A stretch of 64,000 nt of DNA, taken from an uncultured bacterium. GTDB taxonomy: Bacteria > Fermentibacterota > Fermentibacteria > Fermentibacterales > Fermentibacteraceae. Below the pieces are notes generated by a model. The model had not been told where the DNA came from, did not search any database, and was given only the letters and a program-made list of their open reading frames with translations. Positions 10,301-19,246 of this stretch are shown here, in pieces. The translations under genes were made by a program, and so were the position numbers. Within the stretch, counting starts at the first letter, position 1; every line of letters begins with the position of its first letter. The stretch lies in contig CAZRWD010000001.1 in the NCBI GenBank assembly GCA_964603785.1, positions 485,638 to 549,637 on the forward strand, written 5' to 3'.

Positions 10301-10993
10301 AGGGAGTCGGTCACCGTCACGACGGCCGCGACCGTCCTGCCGCCCGGCGGCTATGCGGTGGTGACGTCCGACAGCTCGGACTTCTCGCAGGCCTGGCCGG
10401 AGGTTTCCTGCATCATCCTGCAGCCCCCCTCGTGGCCAGCGCTGAACGATCAGACGCAGCCCGGGCAGCAGTATGCCGACGACCTGAGGCTTGCCCTCCC
10501 GGACGGGCAGGTCGTAGACCGCGTCCCCTACGACGACGAATGGGGCGGCGGTACGGGCACGAGTCTGGAGAAGACCGGGCCCCTGCTCCACGGATGGCTC
10601 TCCGGGAGCTGGACATCCTGCTCCGCCGGCGGGACTCCCGGGATGCGGAACACCTCCTTCGATCCCGGTGGCGGCAGCGGGTTCCTCAGCTTCTGGCCCG
10701 ATCCCTTCTCGCCGGACGGTGACGGCGAGGACGACTTCCTGGACATTTCGGTGGACATGACCCCGCAGTCCGGAAGCGTGACCGTCATCGTCTACAACGT
10801 GCAGGGCAGGCCGGTGAGGACCCTTGCCGACTCGGCGCCCTGCACGGGGGTGCTCCACCTGCTCTGGGACGGCACGGCCGACGGCGGCGCGAGGCTGGCC
10901 GTGGGCCGGTACATCGTCTTCGCCCGGGCGCGCGGACAGTCCGGCGAGAGCAGGGAGGCCGCCGGGGTGGTCATCCTGGCACGCCCCCTCTGA
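7394..10993 (+). CDS. Large secreted surface protein: 5x lamin-tail-domain (LTD) alternating with CARDB/Ig-like modules, plus C-terminal FlgD-Ig/T9SS-type sorting domain
   Basis: Repeated I(T/N)EVMADPL..DE.EF(V/I)E..N....DLAG..L(T/S)DGD units at about aa 60, 370, 680 and 980 (the last reads INEVMYHPQPGGPEWLELLN). C-terminus VTVIVYNVQGRPVRTLAD...LLWDGTADGGARLAVGRYIVFARA. Short hydrophobic N-terminus MLTTLAALVIMAQPPA. Confidence 0.8.
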   Translation: MLTTLAALVIMAQPPAITEVMADPLNEDACEFVEFHNPAGVAVDLAGFSLTDGDALDYMQAWDEAVHGDFPDPDAVTGTTLIPPGAYAVLFETGYLSAPAYDIPPGTVVLTTGDASICNGLAAASDPLTLFDAAGTADSNAVSTYGTPVPSDAWQDRDDDGLDAIPFDPGDGLSVERIAASFPDTEQGWAAGPPGGTPGLPPTGAGVNVACISLSVSETQPPPGAAVTATALFLCNGTLPCPGGALTLFIDYDADSTAGPGDPILAQADAAGLLPGQADTLTATFSLEQGWFCLAGLAACTGDTIPGDDHRTACVAPGGGTPAIVTEVMADPLSEDTDEFIEIHFPGPGAFPLAGSRLTDGDALDIISAWSGPFPDADAAPSRWLPAGRTAVVLDPEYILGATPYDLPESTIVATVSNTTLGNGLTADDPVTLYGPFGTGIADVLSTYGTPTDSPDPLLRDDDGLDGIPFDPGDGLSVERTYLFGPDAEYNWAASVPGGTPGSVPQPSDSLDACALWISFEEQVRFDADHLMQASCAVMNCGGVPSPGFDAVLFLDLDADSAAGPSEIVATLAVPPLAPGTTDTLPAQFTVQDGPWLAGCTVMLPGDEDPSDDTVLGWFTVGEAALPVLTEIVCNPGDEDRDEFVEIFFPGPGVFDAAGCHLSDGDAVDVIVPWSPGHGEISDPDAIPSSFLPAGSWAVILDSEYASGLQPWDLEPGTRVLTTGNTTLGDGLAGTDPLVLYTAGGTTLADIASTYGTPMLDDDPLLCDDDGLDGIPFNPGEGLSVHRIVIAGPDGEWNWAGIDPTPGGPAEGVQPGISFAPAGILLEPPMGEEGWAVQVTSLVASLGTDPAAPGDLQVLVFADADYSGTPSPAEIVFSGLPDPPAPGDTIAVQAAWVAMAVQVPVIVVSTCSGDSISADDTLSVLWNRHYDIVINEVMYHPQPGGPEWLELLNASDDPLDLAGLVLSDSRESVTVTTAATVLPPGGYAVVTSDSSDFSQAWPEVSCIILQPPSWPALNDQTQPGQQYADDLRLALPDGQVVDRVPYDDEWGGGTGTSLEKTGPLLHGWLSGSWTSCSAGGTPGMRNTSFDPGGGSGFLSFWPDPFSPDGDGEDDFLDISVDMTPQSGSVTVIVYNVQGRPVRTLADSAPCTGVLHLLWDGTADGGARLAVGRYIVFARARGQSGESREAAGVVILARPL

Positions 10994-11117
10994 AGTGCGG
11001 GTCGACGGGCCCCTCCTCGAGGGCACGCCATGATGCGCAGCGCCCCCCTCCGGCCTTCCGCGCCGGAGGGGGGCGCGCTTCGTCCGCTGGTCCTCCGGGA
11101 GGTCCCGGAGATCCGTG

Positions 11118-12113
11118 CTACTCGGAGGGGGCTCCCCTGTAGAGCTCGCCCTTCTCGTGCCTCGCGCGAAGCTTCTCGAGCATGTCCCTCGACATCGCGT
11201 CCAGGTCCCAGGCCGGCGACCAGCCCCACTCCTCGCGGGCGGCGGTGTCGTCGACGCTCATGGGCCAGGAGTCGGCGATCCCCTGGCGGAAGTCGGGCTC
11301 GTAGGTGCAGGTGAACCCGGGGACGTGCCGGGCGATGTTCTCCGCGAGCTCCCCGGCGGTGAACGACATCGCGCCGACATTGAAGTCATTGTAATGCTTG
11401 AGCTTCGAGAAGTCGGCCTCGGCCAGGTCCATCGTGGCCTTGATGCAGTCCGGCATGTACATCATGGGCAGGGCGGTGTCGGCCCTCACGAAGCACTTGT
11501 AGCTGCCCTGCTCGACCGCCTTGTAGTAGATCTCGACGGCGAAGTCGGTGGTCCCCCCGCCGGGCAGCGTCTCCGCGGAGATGATCCCCGGGTAGCGCAG
11601 TCCGCGGGCATCCACTCCGAAGCGGCGTACGTAGTAGTCCGCCAGCAGCTCTCCGGCAACCTTGGTCACCCCGTACATCGTCCTGGGCTTGAGAACCGTC
11701 TCCTGGGGAGTCCGGTTCCGGGGGGTCTCGGGGCCGAAGGCGGCGATGGAGCTGGGGATGATGACCCTCGCCATCCCGTAGTCCCTGGCGCATTCCAGAA
11801 CGTTGATGGTGCCGTTCATGTTCACGTCCCAGCAGAGCTGGGGGTTCTTCTCGCCGACGGCGGAGAGGATTGCCGCCATGTGGAAGATCGTGTCGATCTC
11901 GTGCCTACGTATCACGACATCCAGACTGGCCCTCTTCGTGACGTCGATGAAGTAGAACGGCCCGCCCTCCATCAGTTCGCCGGTCGGCGCGGTCCTGCGC
12001 CCCGTGGCGACGACGTTCTCGGCTCCATACCTCTGCCTTAGGGCCGTCGTCAGCTCGCTGCCGATCTGGCCCACCGCGCCGGTCACGAGTATTCTCCTGA
12101 TGCTCTTGGCCAT
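11118..12113 (-). CDS. NAD-dependent epimerase/dehydratase family protein (GalE-like L-threonine 3-dehydrogenase type)
   Basis: RILVTGAVGQIGSELTTALRQRYGAENVVATG Rossmann N-terminus and active-site YGVTK. Resembles SDR-type TDH sequences from memory; specific substrate is uncertain. Confidence 0.8.
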   Translation of the reverse strand: MAKSIRRILVTGAVGQIGSELTTALRQRYGAENVVATGRRTAPTGELMEGGPFYFIDVTKRASLDVVIRRHEIDTIFHMAAILSAVGEKNPQLCWDVNMNGTINVLECARDYGMARVIIPSSIAAFGPETPRNRTPQETVLKPRTMYGVTKVAGELLADYYVRRFGVDARGLRYPGIISAETLPGGGTTDFAVEIYYKAVEQGSYKCFVRADTALPMMYMPDCIKATMDLAEADFSKLKHYNDFNVGAMSFTAGELAENIARHVPGFTCTYEPDFRQGIADSWPMSVDDTAAREEWGWSPAWDLDAMSRDMLEKLRARHEKGELYRGAPSE

Positions 12114-12137
12114 GGCTTCCTTCCGGATGTTGTGCCG

Positions 12138-13745
12138 CTACTGGGAACTGCTCCCGGAGCCCGGGATCGAAACGCGGTAAATCTCTGTGCCCACGGTCAG
12201 GTTGTCCAGGAGGGAGTCGCCCTCGACGACCTCGCCGAACGCGGTGTATCTGCAGTCGAGCCTGTGATGGCCGTCCAGCATGATGAAGAACTGGCTGCCG
12301 CCCGTCCCCGGACCTGCGTCGGCCATGCCCACCACTCCCCTGTCGAAGGGTTCCAGGCCGGGTTCCGCAGGCAGCTGGAATCCCGGGCCGCCGTACCCGT
12401 TCCCCTGCGGGCAGCCCGCCTGGGCCACGAAGCCCGGTATGACGCGGTGGAAGTAGAGCCCGTCGTAGTAGCCGCCCGCGGCGAGCCAGCAGAAGGCCCG
12501 GCAGGTGACCGGGGCGACATCCGCGTAGAGCCTCACCCTGATGTCGCCCTGGCTCGTCTGTATGAGGGCCTCCGTGCAGCCCGCGAATCCGTCGAGCCCC
12601 GCGGGCAGGTCCGGCACCACGGCCCCCTCGGGGATCTCGATCCCGAGGAAGGATGCCAGGGCCAGCCTGAGATCCCTGTCATCCCTGGTCGACAGCAGTC
12701 CGGCAGCTGTCTCCCGGGCACGAACGCTGTCCCCCGTGGAGGCCAGGTGTTCGATGTAGACGATCGGGACGAGCCAGTACGGATCCTGCAGCCACCGGAC
12801 CGTCATCTCCTCAGTGATCTCCGCGCCCGATCCGAGCCAGGCCTGCACGGCGGACAGCCTGCGTGAAGGGGAGGTGCTCGTCATGCCGGATCCGATCTCC
12901 CCCGACCGGCCCGCTCCCAGAAGCGACATGGCGCGGTCCCCCACCGGACCGTCGATCGCGGAGAGCCTCAGTAGGGCGTCCTCGGAGCCCGGGATGCCCT
13001 CGTCCCTCATCCTTGCCGCGGCCGCCAGCGCCACGTAGGGCACTTCGTCCCCGAGCATGGCAGGCAGGGCCGAGGGATCGACGCGAGCGGCCGATTCGTA
13101 TCGCACGGCCCAGCAGGCGTCCCCGGCAAGCCGGACTAGTTCCCCCGGGGTCAGTGTCCGCGCGGCGTAGATGCGCTCCAGCACAGTCAGGTCCTCCATC
13201 GCGGAGAGGGAGTCGACGACCGTGCCGGTCTCGGCCAGATAGCGCAGCGCGGCCGCCCTGAGGCCCGGGCGCATCCTCCCGAGGAGGCCCTCCACGGGCA
13301 GGCCGGTCCTGCCGAGCCTCCCGTAGACCTCGAGGACCAGGAGCACGGTGCTCTCTGGCAGCGATGAGAAGTTCTCCGAGACGAGGCTGTCGAGCAGCCC
13401 CGGGAGCACCGGCTGCTCTCCCCTCGAGACGAGGTGGAGGAGCCTCCGCAGGTACGGATCGATGGAGCCGGCGGCCCCGGCGAGAGAGATCAGCTCAGCT
13501 CCCGGATCGTCGGCGCCGAACTCGATGAGCCATGGATGAGGGCCCGCGGGCATGGGCTCCCCGGCGGCCCAGGCGGCCCATGCTGCGAGCCTGGCCCGGT
13601 CGCCGCCGGATTCGGTCATGGTCTGAAGCAGCTGCCCGATCCCGTGAGCGTCCGCTCCAGTACGGGCATATTCATATATGGCATCCAGATCCGAACCTCC
13701 CTGCAGCGTGGAGAGGCAGAGCGCCAGGACCGCCGCGCCCGTCAT
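12138..13745 (-). CDS. HEAT/ARM-like repeat protein with C-terminal cyclophilin-type peptidyl-prolyl cis-trans isomerase domain
   Basis: C-terminal ...YDGLYFHRVIPGFVAQAGCPQGNGYGGPGFQLPAE...GMADAGPGTGGSQFFIM cyclophilin motifs. N-terminus MTGAAVLALCLSTLQGG is signal-like. Confidence 0.8.
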   Translation of the reverse strand: MTGAAVLALCLSTLQGGSDLDAIYEYARTGADAHGIGQLLQTMTESGGDRARLAAWAAWAAGEPMPAGPHPWLIEFGADDPGAELISLAGAAGSIDPYLRRLLHLVSRGEQPVLPGLLDSLVSENFSSLPESTVLLVLEVYGRLGRTGLPVEGLLGRMRPGLRAAALRYLAETGTVVDSLSAMEDLTVLERIYAARTLTPGELVRLAGDACWAVRYESAARVDPSALPAMLGDEVPYVALAAAARMRDEGIPGSEDALLRLSAIDGPVGDRAMSLLGAGRSGEIGSGMTSTSPSRRLSAVQAWLGSGAEITEEMTVRWLQDPYWLVPIVYIEHLASTGDSVRARETAAGLLSTRDDRDLRLALASFLGIEIPEGAVVPDLPAGLDGFAGCTEALIQTSQGDIRVRLYADVAPVTCRAFCWLAAGGYYDGLYFHRVIPGFVAQAGCPQGNGYGGPGFQLPAEPGLEPFDRGVVGMADAGPGTGGSQFFIMLDGHHRLDCRYTAFGEVVEGDSLLDNLTVGTEIYRVSIPGSGSSSQ

Positions 13746-14044
13746 TCCCCCCCTCCGACCGGAGCCCCGGGGGCCTCCTCGTCATCCTCGAAGACGGGGG
13801 GGGATTCGAGGAACTGCCTCACGAGCCCCTCCGCCCTCGCGAGATCGCCCTCGCGGACTATAACGTAGCCCCAGGCCGGGTTGAACACCTGCGCGATGCC
13901 GTCGTACATGGGGATCTGCCTGCTCTGGATGGCCGAGTCCACACCCTCGGCCTTCAGCATTGCCTGGACGGCCATCGCCTCCATCTCGCTCGAGGCGGTG
14001 TGCGCCCTCACGAGGCTCTCCCCTGAAAGATCCGCCCTGTCCAT
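13742..14044 (-). CDS. Small DUF2007-like (putative signal-transducing) protein
   Basis: 100 aa, ...HTASSEMEAMAVQAMLKAEGVDSAIQS...YVIVREGDLARAEGLV, a beta-alpha-beta pattern resembling PF09413. ATGA overlap with the cyclophilin gene start. Confidence 0.5.
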   Translation of the reverse strand: MDRADLSGESLVRAHTASSEMEAMAVQAMLKAEGVDSAIQSRQIPMYDGIAQVFNPAWGYVIVREGDLARAEGLVRQFLESPPVFEDDEEAPGAPVGGGE

Positions 14045-14104
14045 GCCTGCCTCCCTGGTTCACCGGGACCGGGCGGTGCCCGGACCGCCCGGAGTTTGTA
14101 TCAT

Positions 14105-14187
14105 AGCATCGTAGGGGGTGCCCGTCGGGCTGAGATCATACCCGTCGAACCTGATCCGGGTAATGCCGGCGAAGGGAACCGATGAAC
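14105..14187 (+). promoter_or_regulatory. TPP (THI-box) riboswitch in the thiC leader
   Basis: agCATCGtaGGGGGTGCCCgtcgggCTGAGAtcatACCCgtcGAACCTGATCCGGGTAATGCCGGCGAAGGGAacCGATG matches the conserved TPP aptamer (GGGGUGCC, CUGAGA, ACCUGAUCYGGNUAAUGCCNGCGNAGGGA) with a CATCG/CGATG P1. Downstream, CCTCC (14204) can pair with the GGAGG SD preceding the thiC ATG at 14226. Confidence 0.9.
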
Positions 14188-14225
14188 CGGGGCATGGAGC
14201 GGGCCTCCCCGCCCCGGACGGAGGA

Positions 14226-15542
14226 TTCATGAAGGAGACCGTCATCGAGGCTGCCCGCAGGGGCGAGCCGCATCCCGCGGTCGGTACGATAGCTTCGGCC
14301 GAGGGCCGGAGCGTCCCCGACCTGCTCGCAGGCATCGCGTCGGGAACGGCCGTCGTCCTCGGAGCGGGCGGTGCCGGCAGGAAGGCGCCGTCCGGGGTGG
14401 GCGCCGGCCTGAGGGTCAAGGTCAATGCGAACATCGGGAGTTCGGCCGATCTCGAGTCGGTGGAGGGCGAGCTCGCGAAGATGCGCACCGCCGTGGCCCA
14501 TGGTGCCGACGCGGTGATGGACCTCTCCACGGGTCCGAGATGGCGCGAGATCCTGGGCCGGATCTCCGCGGAGAGCCCTGTCCCTCTCGGAACCGTCCCG
14601 CTCTACCAGGTCTTCGGCGGAGCCCTGGACGCGGGCGGCAGCGCCGGGGACGTCCGGGTGCATGACATGTTCGATGCCGTCGAGATGCACTGCAGGGCGG
14701 GCGTCGATTTCCTCACGCTCCACTGCGGGGTCACGAGGAGGGCCGTGTCCCTCCTTCGGAGCCAGGGCCGCAGGCTCGGCATAGTCTCCCGCGGAGGAGC
14801 CCTGATGGCGGAGTGGATGGAGCTCCACGGCTGCGAGAACCCTTTCTACGAGCGCTTCGGCGATCTCGTCGACATCCTCCACCGGTACGACGCGACCTTC
14901 TCGCTGGGTGACGGGCTGCGCCCCGGATGCCTCGCCGACGCCTCGGACAGGGCCCAGATCGAGGAGCTGCTGACCCTCGGGGAGCTCCAGCAGCGCGCTC
15001 TCGCCGCCGGGGTCCAGGTCATGATCGAAGGTCCGGGCCACGTGCCGATGGATCAGATCGAGCACAACGTCAGGATGCAGAAGAGCCTCTGCAGCGGAGC
15101 GCCCTTCTACGTGCTCGGCCCCATCGTGACGGACATCGCCCCCGGATACGACCACATCACTTCGGCCATCGGAGGGGCCATGGCGGCCTGGCACGGGGCC
15201 GACTTCCTGTGCTACGTGACTCCCGCCGAGCATCTGCGCCTCCCCGATCTGGAGGATGTGAGGGTCGGGACGGTCGCAGCCCGCATAGCGGCGCACGCGG
15301 CGGACATAGCCCGCGGAGCGCCGGGCGCCCGGAAGCCTGACGATGCCATGGCCGATGCGAGGGCGCGCTTCGACTGGGAGGCCCAGTTCGCTCTGGCCGT
15401 CGATCAGGCCAGAGCCTGCGAGGAGCGCAGGCGGGCCATGCCTCTGGACGAGGATGTCTGCTCGATGTGCGGCAAGCTCTGTGCCGTCAAGACAAGCAGG
15501 AGAGCCCTGGAGAGGGACCGGGAGCCGGGGGCGGGAAGCTAG
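14226..15542 (+). CDS. thiC: Phosphomethylpyrimidine synthase ThiC
   Basis: VNANIGSS, GPGHVPMDQIEHN, ...YVLGPIVTDIAPGYDHITSAIGGA and the C-terminal CSMCGKLCA Fe-S motif. Start chosen at MKETVIEAARRG after a GGAGG SD. Confidence 0.93.
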   Translation, partial: FMKETVIEAARRGEPHPAVGTIASAEGRSVPDLLAGIASGTAVVLGAGGAGRKAPSGVGAGLRVKVNANIGSSADLESVEGELAKMRTAVAHGADAVMDLSTGPRWREILGRISAESPVPLGTVPLYQVFGGALDAGGSAGDVRVHDMFDAVEMHCRAGVDFLTLHCGVTRRAVSLLRSQGRRLGIVSRGGALMAEWMELHGCENPFYERFGDLVDILHRYDATFSLGDGLRPGCLADASDRAQIEELLTLGELQQRALAAGVQVMIEGPGHVPMDQIEHNVRMQKSLCSGAPFYVLGPIVTDIAPGYDHITSAIGGAMAAWHGADFLCYVTPAEHLRLPDLEDVRVGTVAARIAAHAADIARGAPGARKPDDAMADARARFDWEAQFALAVDQARACEERRRAMPLDEDVCSMCGKLCAVKTSRRALERDREPGAGS

Positions 15543-18500
15543 CTGTCCTCCCTGAACACGCCGGTCCGGTAGAGCAGCGCCTGTGCGCGCGTCGCGGGAT
15601 CTCCCCCGGCCCTGACCCATGTCCCGTCCGCTCCGAGTCTCCAGCCCTTCGCCCGGTCTTCGAAGAACGCATCGAGCATCCTCCCGAGGCGCAGGACGTT
15701 CCGGGGCTCCTTCACGGGGAACAGCAGCTCCACGCGCCTGTCGAGGTTCCTGGTCATCCAGTCCGCGCTGGACAGGTAGATCTCCTCCGCGCCGCCGCCG
15801 CCGAAACGGACGATCCTCGCATGCTCGAGGAACCGGTCGACCACCGACACCACCTCGACGTTCTCCGACACTCCCGGCACTCCCGGCCTCAGGCAGCATA
15901 TCCCCCTGACGTTCAGCATCACCTTCACGCCCGCGGAGGATGCCCTGTACAGGGCGTCGATCATCTCGGGATCCTCCAGCGAGTTGAGCTTGGCTGTGAT
16001 GCGGCCGGGTCTGCCCGCGGAGACCATGGCGGCCTCGCGCTCCACGAGCTCGAGGATCCTGCCCTTCATCTCCAGGGGGGCTACGGAGGTGGACTCGAAG
16101 CCCACGGGATCGGACTGGCCGGTCAGGATGTTGAAGAACGAGGCCACATCGGTGCAGACCGTCTCGTCCGAGGTCATCAGCCCGATGTCCGAGTAGAGCA
16201 GTGCGGTCCTCTCGTTGTAGTTGCCCGTGGACAGGTGGGCCCTCCGCCGTATCGAGCCGCCCTCCCTGGAGACCACCAGCAGGGCCTTGGCATGGGTCTT
16301 GAGCCCCGCCACCCCGTAGATGACCTGGCATCCCGAATCCTCGAGCCTGCGGGCCCATCCGGCGTTTCGCTCCTCGTCGAAGCGGGCCTTCAGCTCGACC
16401 AGGACCGTGACGGCCTTCCCGTTCCGGGCGGCGCGCTCCAGCAGGGTGGTGACCGGCGAGTCCGTGCTGGTCCTGTAGAGGGTCTGCTTCACTGCGAGGA
16501 CGGATGGGTCCGAGGAGGCCCACTCGAGAAGCTCCAGGACGGGGTCGAACGACTCGTACGGATGGATGAGCAGGATCTCCCCCGAATCCATCGCCTCGGA
16601 GGGGGGTGTCCCCTTCGGCAGCCCCACGGGTCTCCGCGGGGGCCACGGCTCCTCCCGGAGCCCGGGAGGGGCGTCCGTCGAGACGAGCTCCATGAGGCCG
16701 CCGATGTCGACCATGCGGCTCTGGAGCCTGGGGATCCCCGGCCTCTCGACTCCAGCCGCCGCACATACGGCATCCGACATGGCGTGCGGCACCCCCTCGG
16801 ACATCTCCAGCCTCACGGGCTCCCTGTGACGTCTCGAGAGAACGGCCCTCTCGATCTCGATGAGCAGGTCGGTCACGTCATCGTCGTCCACCGACACGTC
16901 GGCGTCCCTCGTCACCCTGAACAGCGCGCTCGAGAGGGGTTCCCGGCCAGGTGCGGCAAGGGCGCGGAACTCGATTAAGAGGTCCTCCAGCATGGCCACA
17001 TCGCCCGGGGAGCCCGGTATGCGGACGAACCGGGGGGTCTGCGCCGGAAGGGGGATCACGAGCAGGGATGGGATGGACACTCCCGCCCCCGGCATCATGA
17101 AGGCCGCGTGCAGCCTCAGCCCCTGGAGCAGAGGCGCGGAGCCGCCGGCTCCGATCGTCATCGGGGTGAGCAGGGGCATTATCTCCTCTGCGAAGTGCCT
17201 TTCCAGCGCAGCCTTCTGCACCGGGGTCCAGCCCGCCCTCGAGACGACCCTCACCCCCCGTCCCGCCAGCTCTTCGAGCAGCTCGGCCGTTAGAGCGACC
17301 TGCCTCGCGGACATCTCTCCCGTCCTGCGCAGGATCTCTTCGAGAAGGACACCCGGGGCGAGGCCCGAGGCGTCGGTGGAGGTTATCCCCGCATCTACCC
17401 TCCTCATGAGCCCGGCGACGCGTATCATGAAGAACTCGTCCATGTTGCCCGCGCTGATGGCCAGGAACTTCAGCCTATCGAGAAGCGGGACCGCGGGATT
17501 CTCCGCCTCGGCCAGCACGCGCGAGTCGAAGTCGAGCCAGCTCAGCTCCCTGTTCAGGAGCATGTCCCGGTGAGGCCCGCCTGTGCCCTGTCCCCCGGGA
17601 AGCATCTCCAGGCTCGCCTGGCGGGTCAGGTGCTCGGCCCTCAGCTCGCGCGAGCGGTCCTCGGCCTCCGCCGGCGGCAGGACTGCGGAGGACGACGCGA
17701 ACCTCACCCTCATCCCGTAGATGTCCTCGAAGAGGTCTCCAACGGACGAGAGCGCCCTCTGCTCCAGCGACAGGTCGTCGCCCTCCCCGACAAGTACGTA
17801 GAGCGTGTCCCCCGTCCTCCGGAACCCGAGCTCCCTCGGGGCAGGCAGCTTCTGCCTGTCCAGGCAGTCCGCCACCCTGAGGAGCGCGGCCAGCCTGCTT
17901 ATGAGCATCCGCCTCTCACGGGAGAGCGCCATGAAGTCGAGATGGCTGGTCCGGGGAGCGCTCCGCCTGTGGTAGCGGGCTATGTGGGCGACGTTGAGCA
18001 GCTCCTCCCTGGAGAGCCCGAACACCTCGCTGTTGGAGATGAGGTAGAAGCTGTGCTTGTGGTGGGACCGGCTGTCGACGAACCGACCGCTCTCGTGCAG
18101 GAGGGCGGCGGCGTGGAGCTGGAGCCTCTCTCGCGGGCCGTACCCGTGCTCGGGGCGCATCTCTTCGAACAGGGCGAGCGCCGTCGCGGCTACATTCTCG
18201 GCATGTGCCAGGCTAGTGTGGTATCTGCCGGCGAGGAGCCTGGCGGCCTGGACCGTGCCCGTGGCCATCAGCGATGGGGCGCCTCCCCCCCCGGCCGAGG
18301 CCAGGTCCAGGAGCAGCCCGTCCCTCATGGTCACGTCGGAGACATGGACGGTCCTCAGCCTGAGCCTGGAGGCGACCGACTGGATCATCACCAGGGCCGG
18401 GACGAGGGTCTCCGCCTCGGAGAGCGAGAGACCGTACTTCTTCATCAGCGCCGGGAGCTCCAGGCCGCTGCATCCGGCGACCATCTCCCGCAGCTGGGAC

Positions 18501-19246
18501 AGGCCGACTGCGCTCAGGACGCCCTGCTTCGCGCCGCCCAGCCGCCTGGCGGCGAGGCGCGCATCGCCCCCGAGCGCGACGAGCATGAACGGCCGCGGAG
18601 GGAGATAGGGGGGATCGAAGGATGCCAGGCCCGTCCTGACCTGCCTGGAGAGGATGGCAGCCGCCTTCTCCGCCGGAAGGTCGGTGATGCCGAGGGACTG
18701 CGGCAGCCTCACCGATCCTATGTCCAGCGTCTTCGACCACTGCACCTGACCCCCGGCAAGGCAGGTTATGAGCGTCCCGCCGCCTCCGACCTCCATCACC
18801 AGGGCGCTCTTCAGGGATCCCCCGCCGGATCCGCCGACCTTCTCCAGCAGCGCCTGCACTATCAGCCGGCCCTCCTCGAGGGGGTCGATGAGCTCTATCT
18901 CTATGCCCGTGGTCATCATCACCCGGCTGAGGAGGGCGTCCGAGTTCGAGGCCTCCCTGACGGCGCTCGTGGCCACCGCGCGTATGGTCCCGACGCCGTA
19001 GGAGTCGAGCATGCGCCTGAAGTCCCTGAAGGCCGACACGGTGGCGGCTATGGACTCGACGGTCAGGTGCCCCAGCCTGAACGTGTCGTGACCGAGCCTG
19101 ACCGACTTGCTGACCCTCTCCAGGACCCTGACCCCCCCGTCTGCGGCGAACTCGGCGATCTCCATCCGGACGGAGTTCGAGCCGGCGTCTATAACGGCCG
19201 CCAGGCCGGCGGACGCCCCGGGCCTGCAGACCGGGCCGGCGGTCAC
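15539..19246 (-). CDS. Exopolyphosphatase (Ppx/GppA) - polyphosphate kinase 1 (PPK1) single-ORF fusion
   Basis: N-terminal AAVIDAGSNSVRMEIAE (Ppx/GppA actin-like fold) and an HD-type ...HSFYLISNSEVFG...VADCLDRQ region. The frame continues without a stop into LNRELSWLDFDSRVLAEAENPAVPLLDRLKFLAISAGNMDEFFMIRVAG (PPK1 N-domain) and the PPK1 C-domain motif HLSTGNYN. 1235 aa in total. Confidence 0.85.
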   Translation of the reverse strand: MTAGPVCRPGASAGLAAVIDAGSNSVRMEIAEFAADGGVRVLERVSKSVRLGHDTFRLGHLTVESIAATVSAFRDFRRMLDSYGVGTIRAVATSAVREASNSDALLSRVMMTTGIEIELIDPLEEGRLIVQALLEKVGGSGGGSLKSALVMEVGGGGTLITCLAGGQVQWSKTLDIGSVRLPQSLGITDLPAEKAAAILSRQVRTGLASFDPPYLPPRPFMLVALGGDARLAARRLGGAKQGVLSAVGLSQLREMVAGCSGLELPALMKKYGLSLSEAETLVPALVMIQSVASRLRLRTVHVSDVTMRDGLLLDLASAGGGGAPSLMATGTVQAARLLAGRYHTSLAHAENVAATALALFEEMRPEHGYGPRERLQLHAAALLHESGRFVDSRSHHKHSFYLISNSEVFGLSREELLNVAHIARYHRRSAPRTSHLDFMALSRERRMLISRLAALLRVADCLDRQKLPAPRELGFRRTGDTLYVLVGEGDDLSLEQRALSSVGDLFEDIYGMRVRFASSSAVLPPAEAEDRSRELRAEHLTRQASLEMLPGGQGTGGPHRDMLLNRELSWLDFDSRVLAEAENPAVPLLDRLKFLAISAGNMDEFFMIRVAGLMRRVDAGITSTDASGLAPGVLLEEILRRTGEMSARQVALTAELLEELAGRGVRVVSRAGWTPVQKAALERHFAEEIMPLLTPMTIGAGGSAPLLQGLRLHAAFMMPGAGVSIPSLLVIPLPAQTPRFVRIPGSPGDVAMLEDLLIEFRALAAPGREPLSSALFRVTRDADVSVDDDDVTDLLIEIERAVLSRRHREPVRLEMSEGVPHAMSDAVCAAAGVERPGIPRLQSRMVDIGGLMELVSTDAPPGLREEPWPPRRPVGLPKGTPPSEAMDSGEILLIHPYESFDPVLELLEWASSDPSVLAVKQTLYRTSTDSPVTTLLERAARNGKAVTVLVELKARFDEERNAGWARRLEDSGCQVIYGVAGLKTHAKALLVVSREGGSIRRRAHLSTGNYNERTALLYSDIGLMTSDETVCTDVASFFNILTGQSDPVGFESTSVAPLEMKGRILELVEREAAMVSAGRPGRITAKLNSLEDPEMIDALYRASSAGVKVMLNVRGICCLRPGVPGVSENVEVVSVVDRFLEHARIVRFGGGGAEEIYLSSADWMTRNLDRRVELLFPVKEPRNVLRLGRMLDAFFEDRAKGWRLGADGTWVRAGGDPATRAQALLYRTGVFREDS

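Noticed and set aside
17560-17660. Treating Ppx and PPK1 as two separate genes
   Set aside because: There is no in-frame stop between the Ppx HD region and the PPK1 N-domain in the sequence as given. Reported as a fusion, but flagged for read-level verification.
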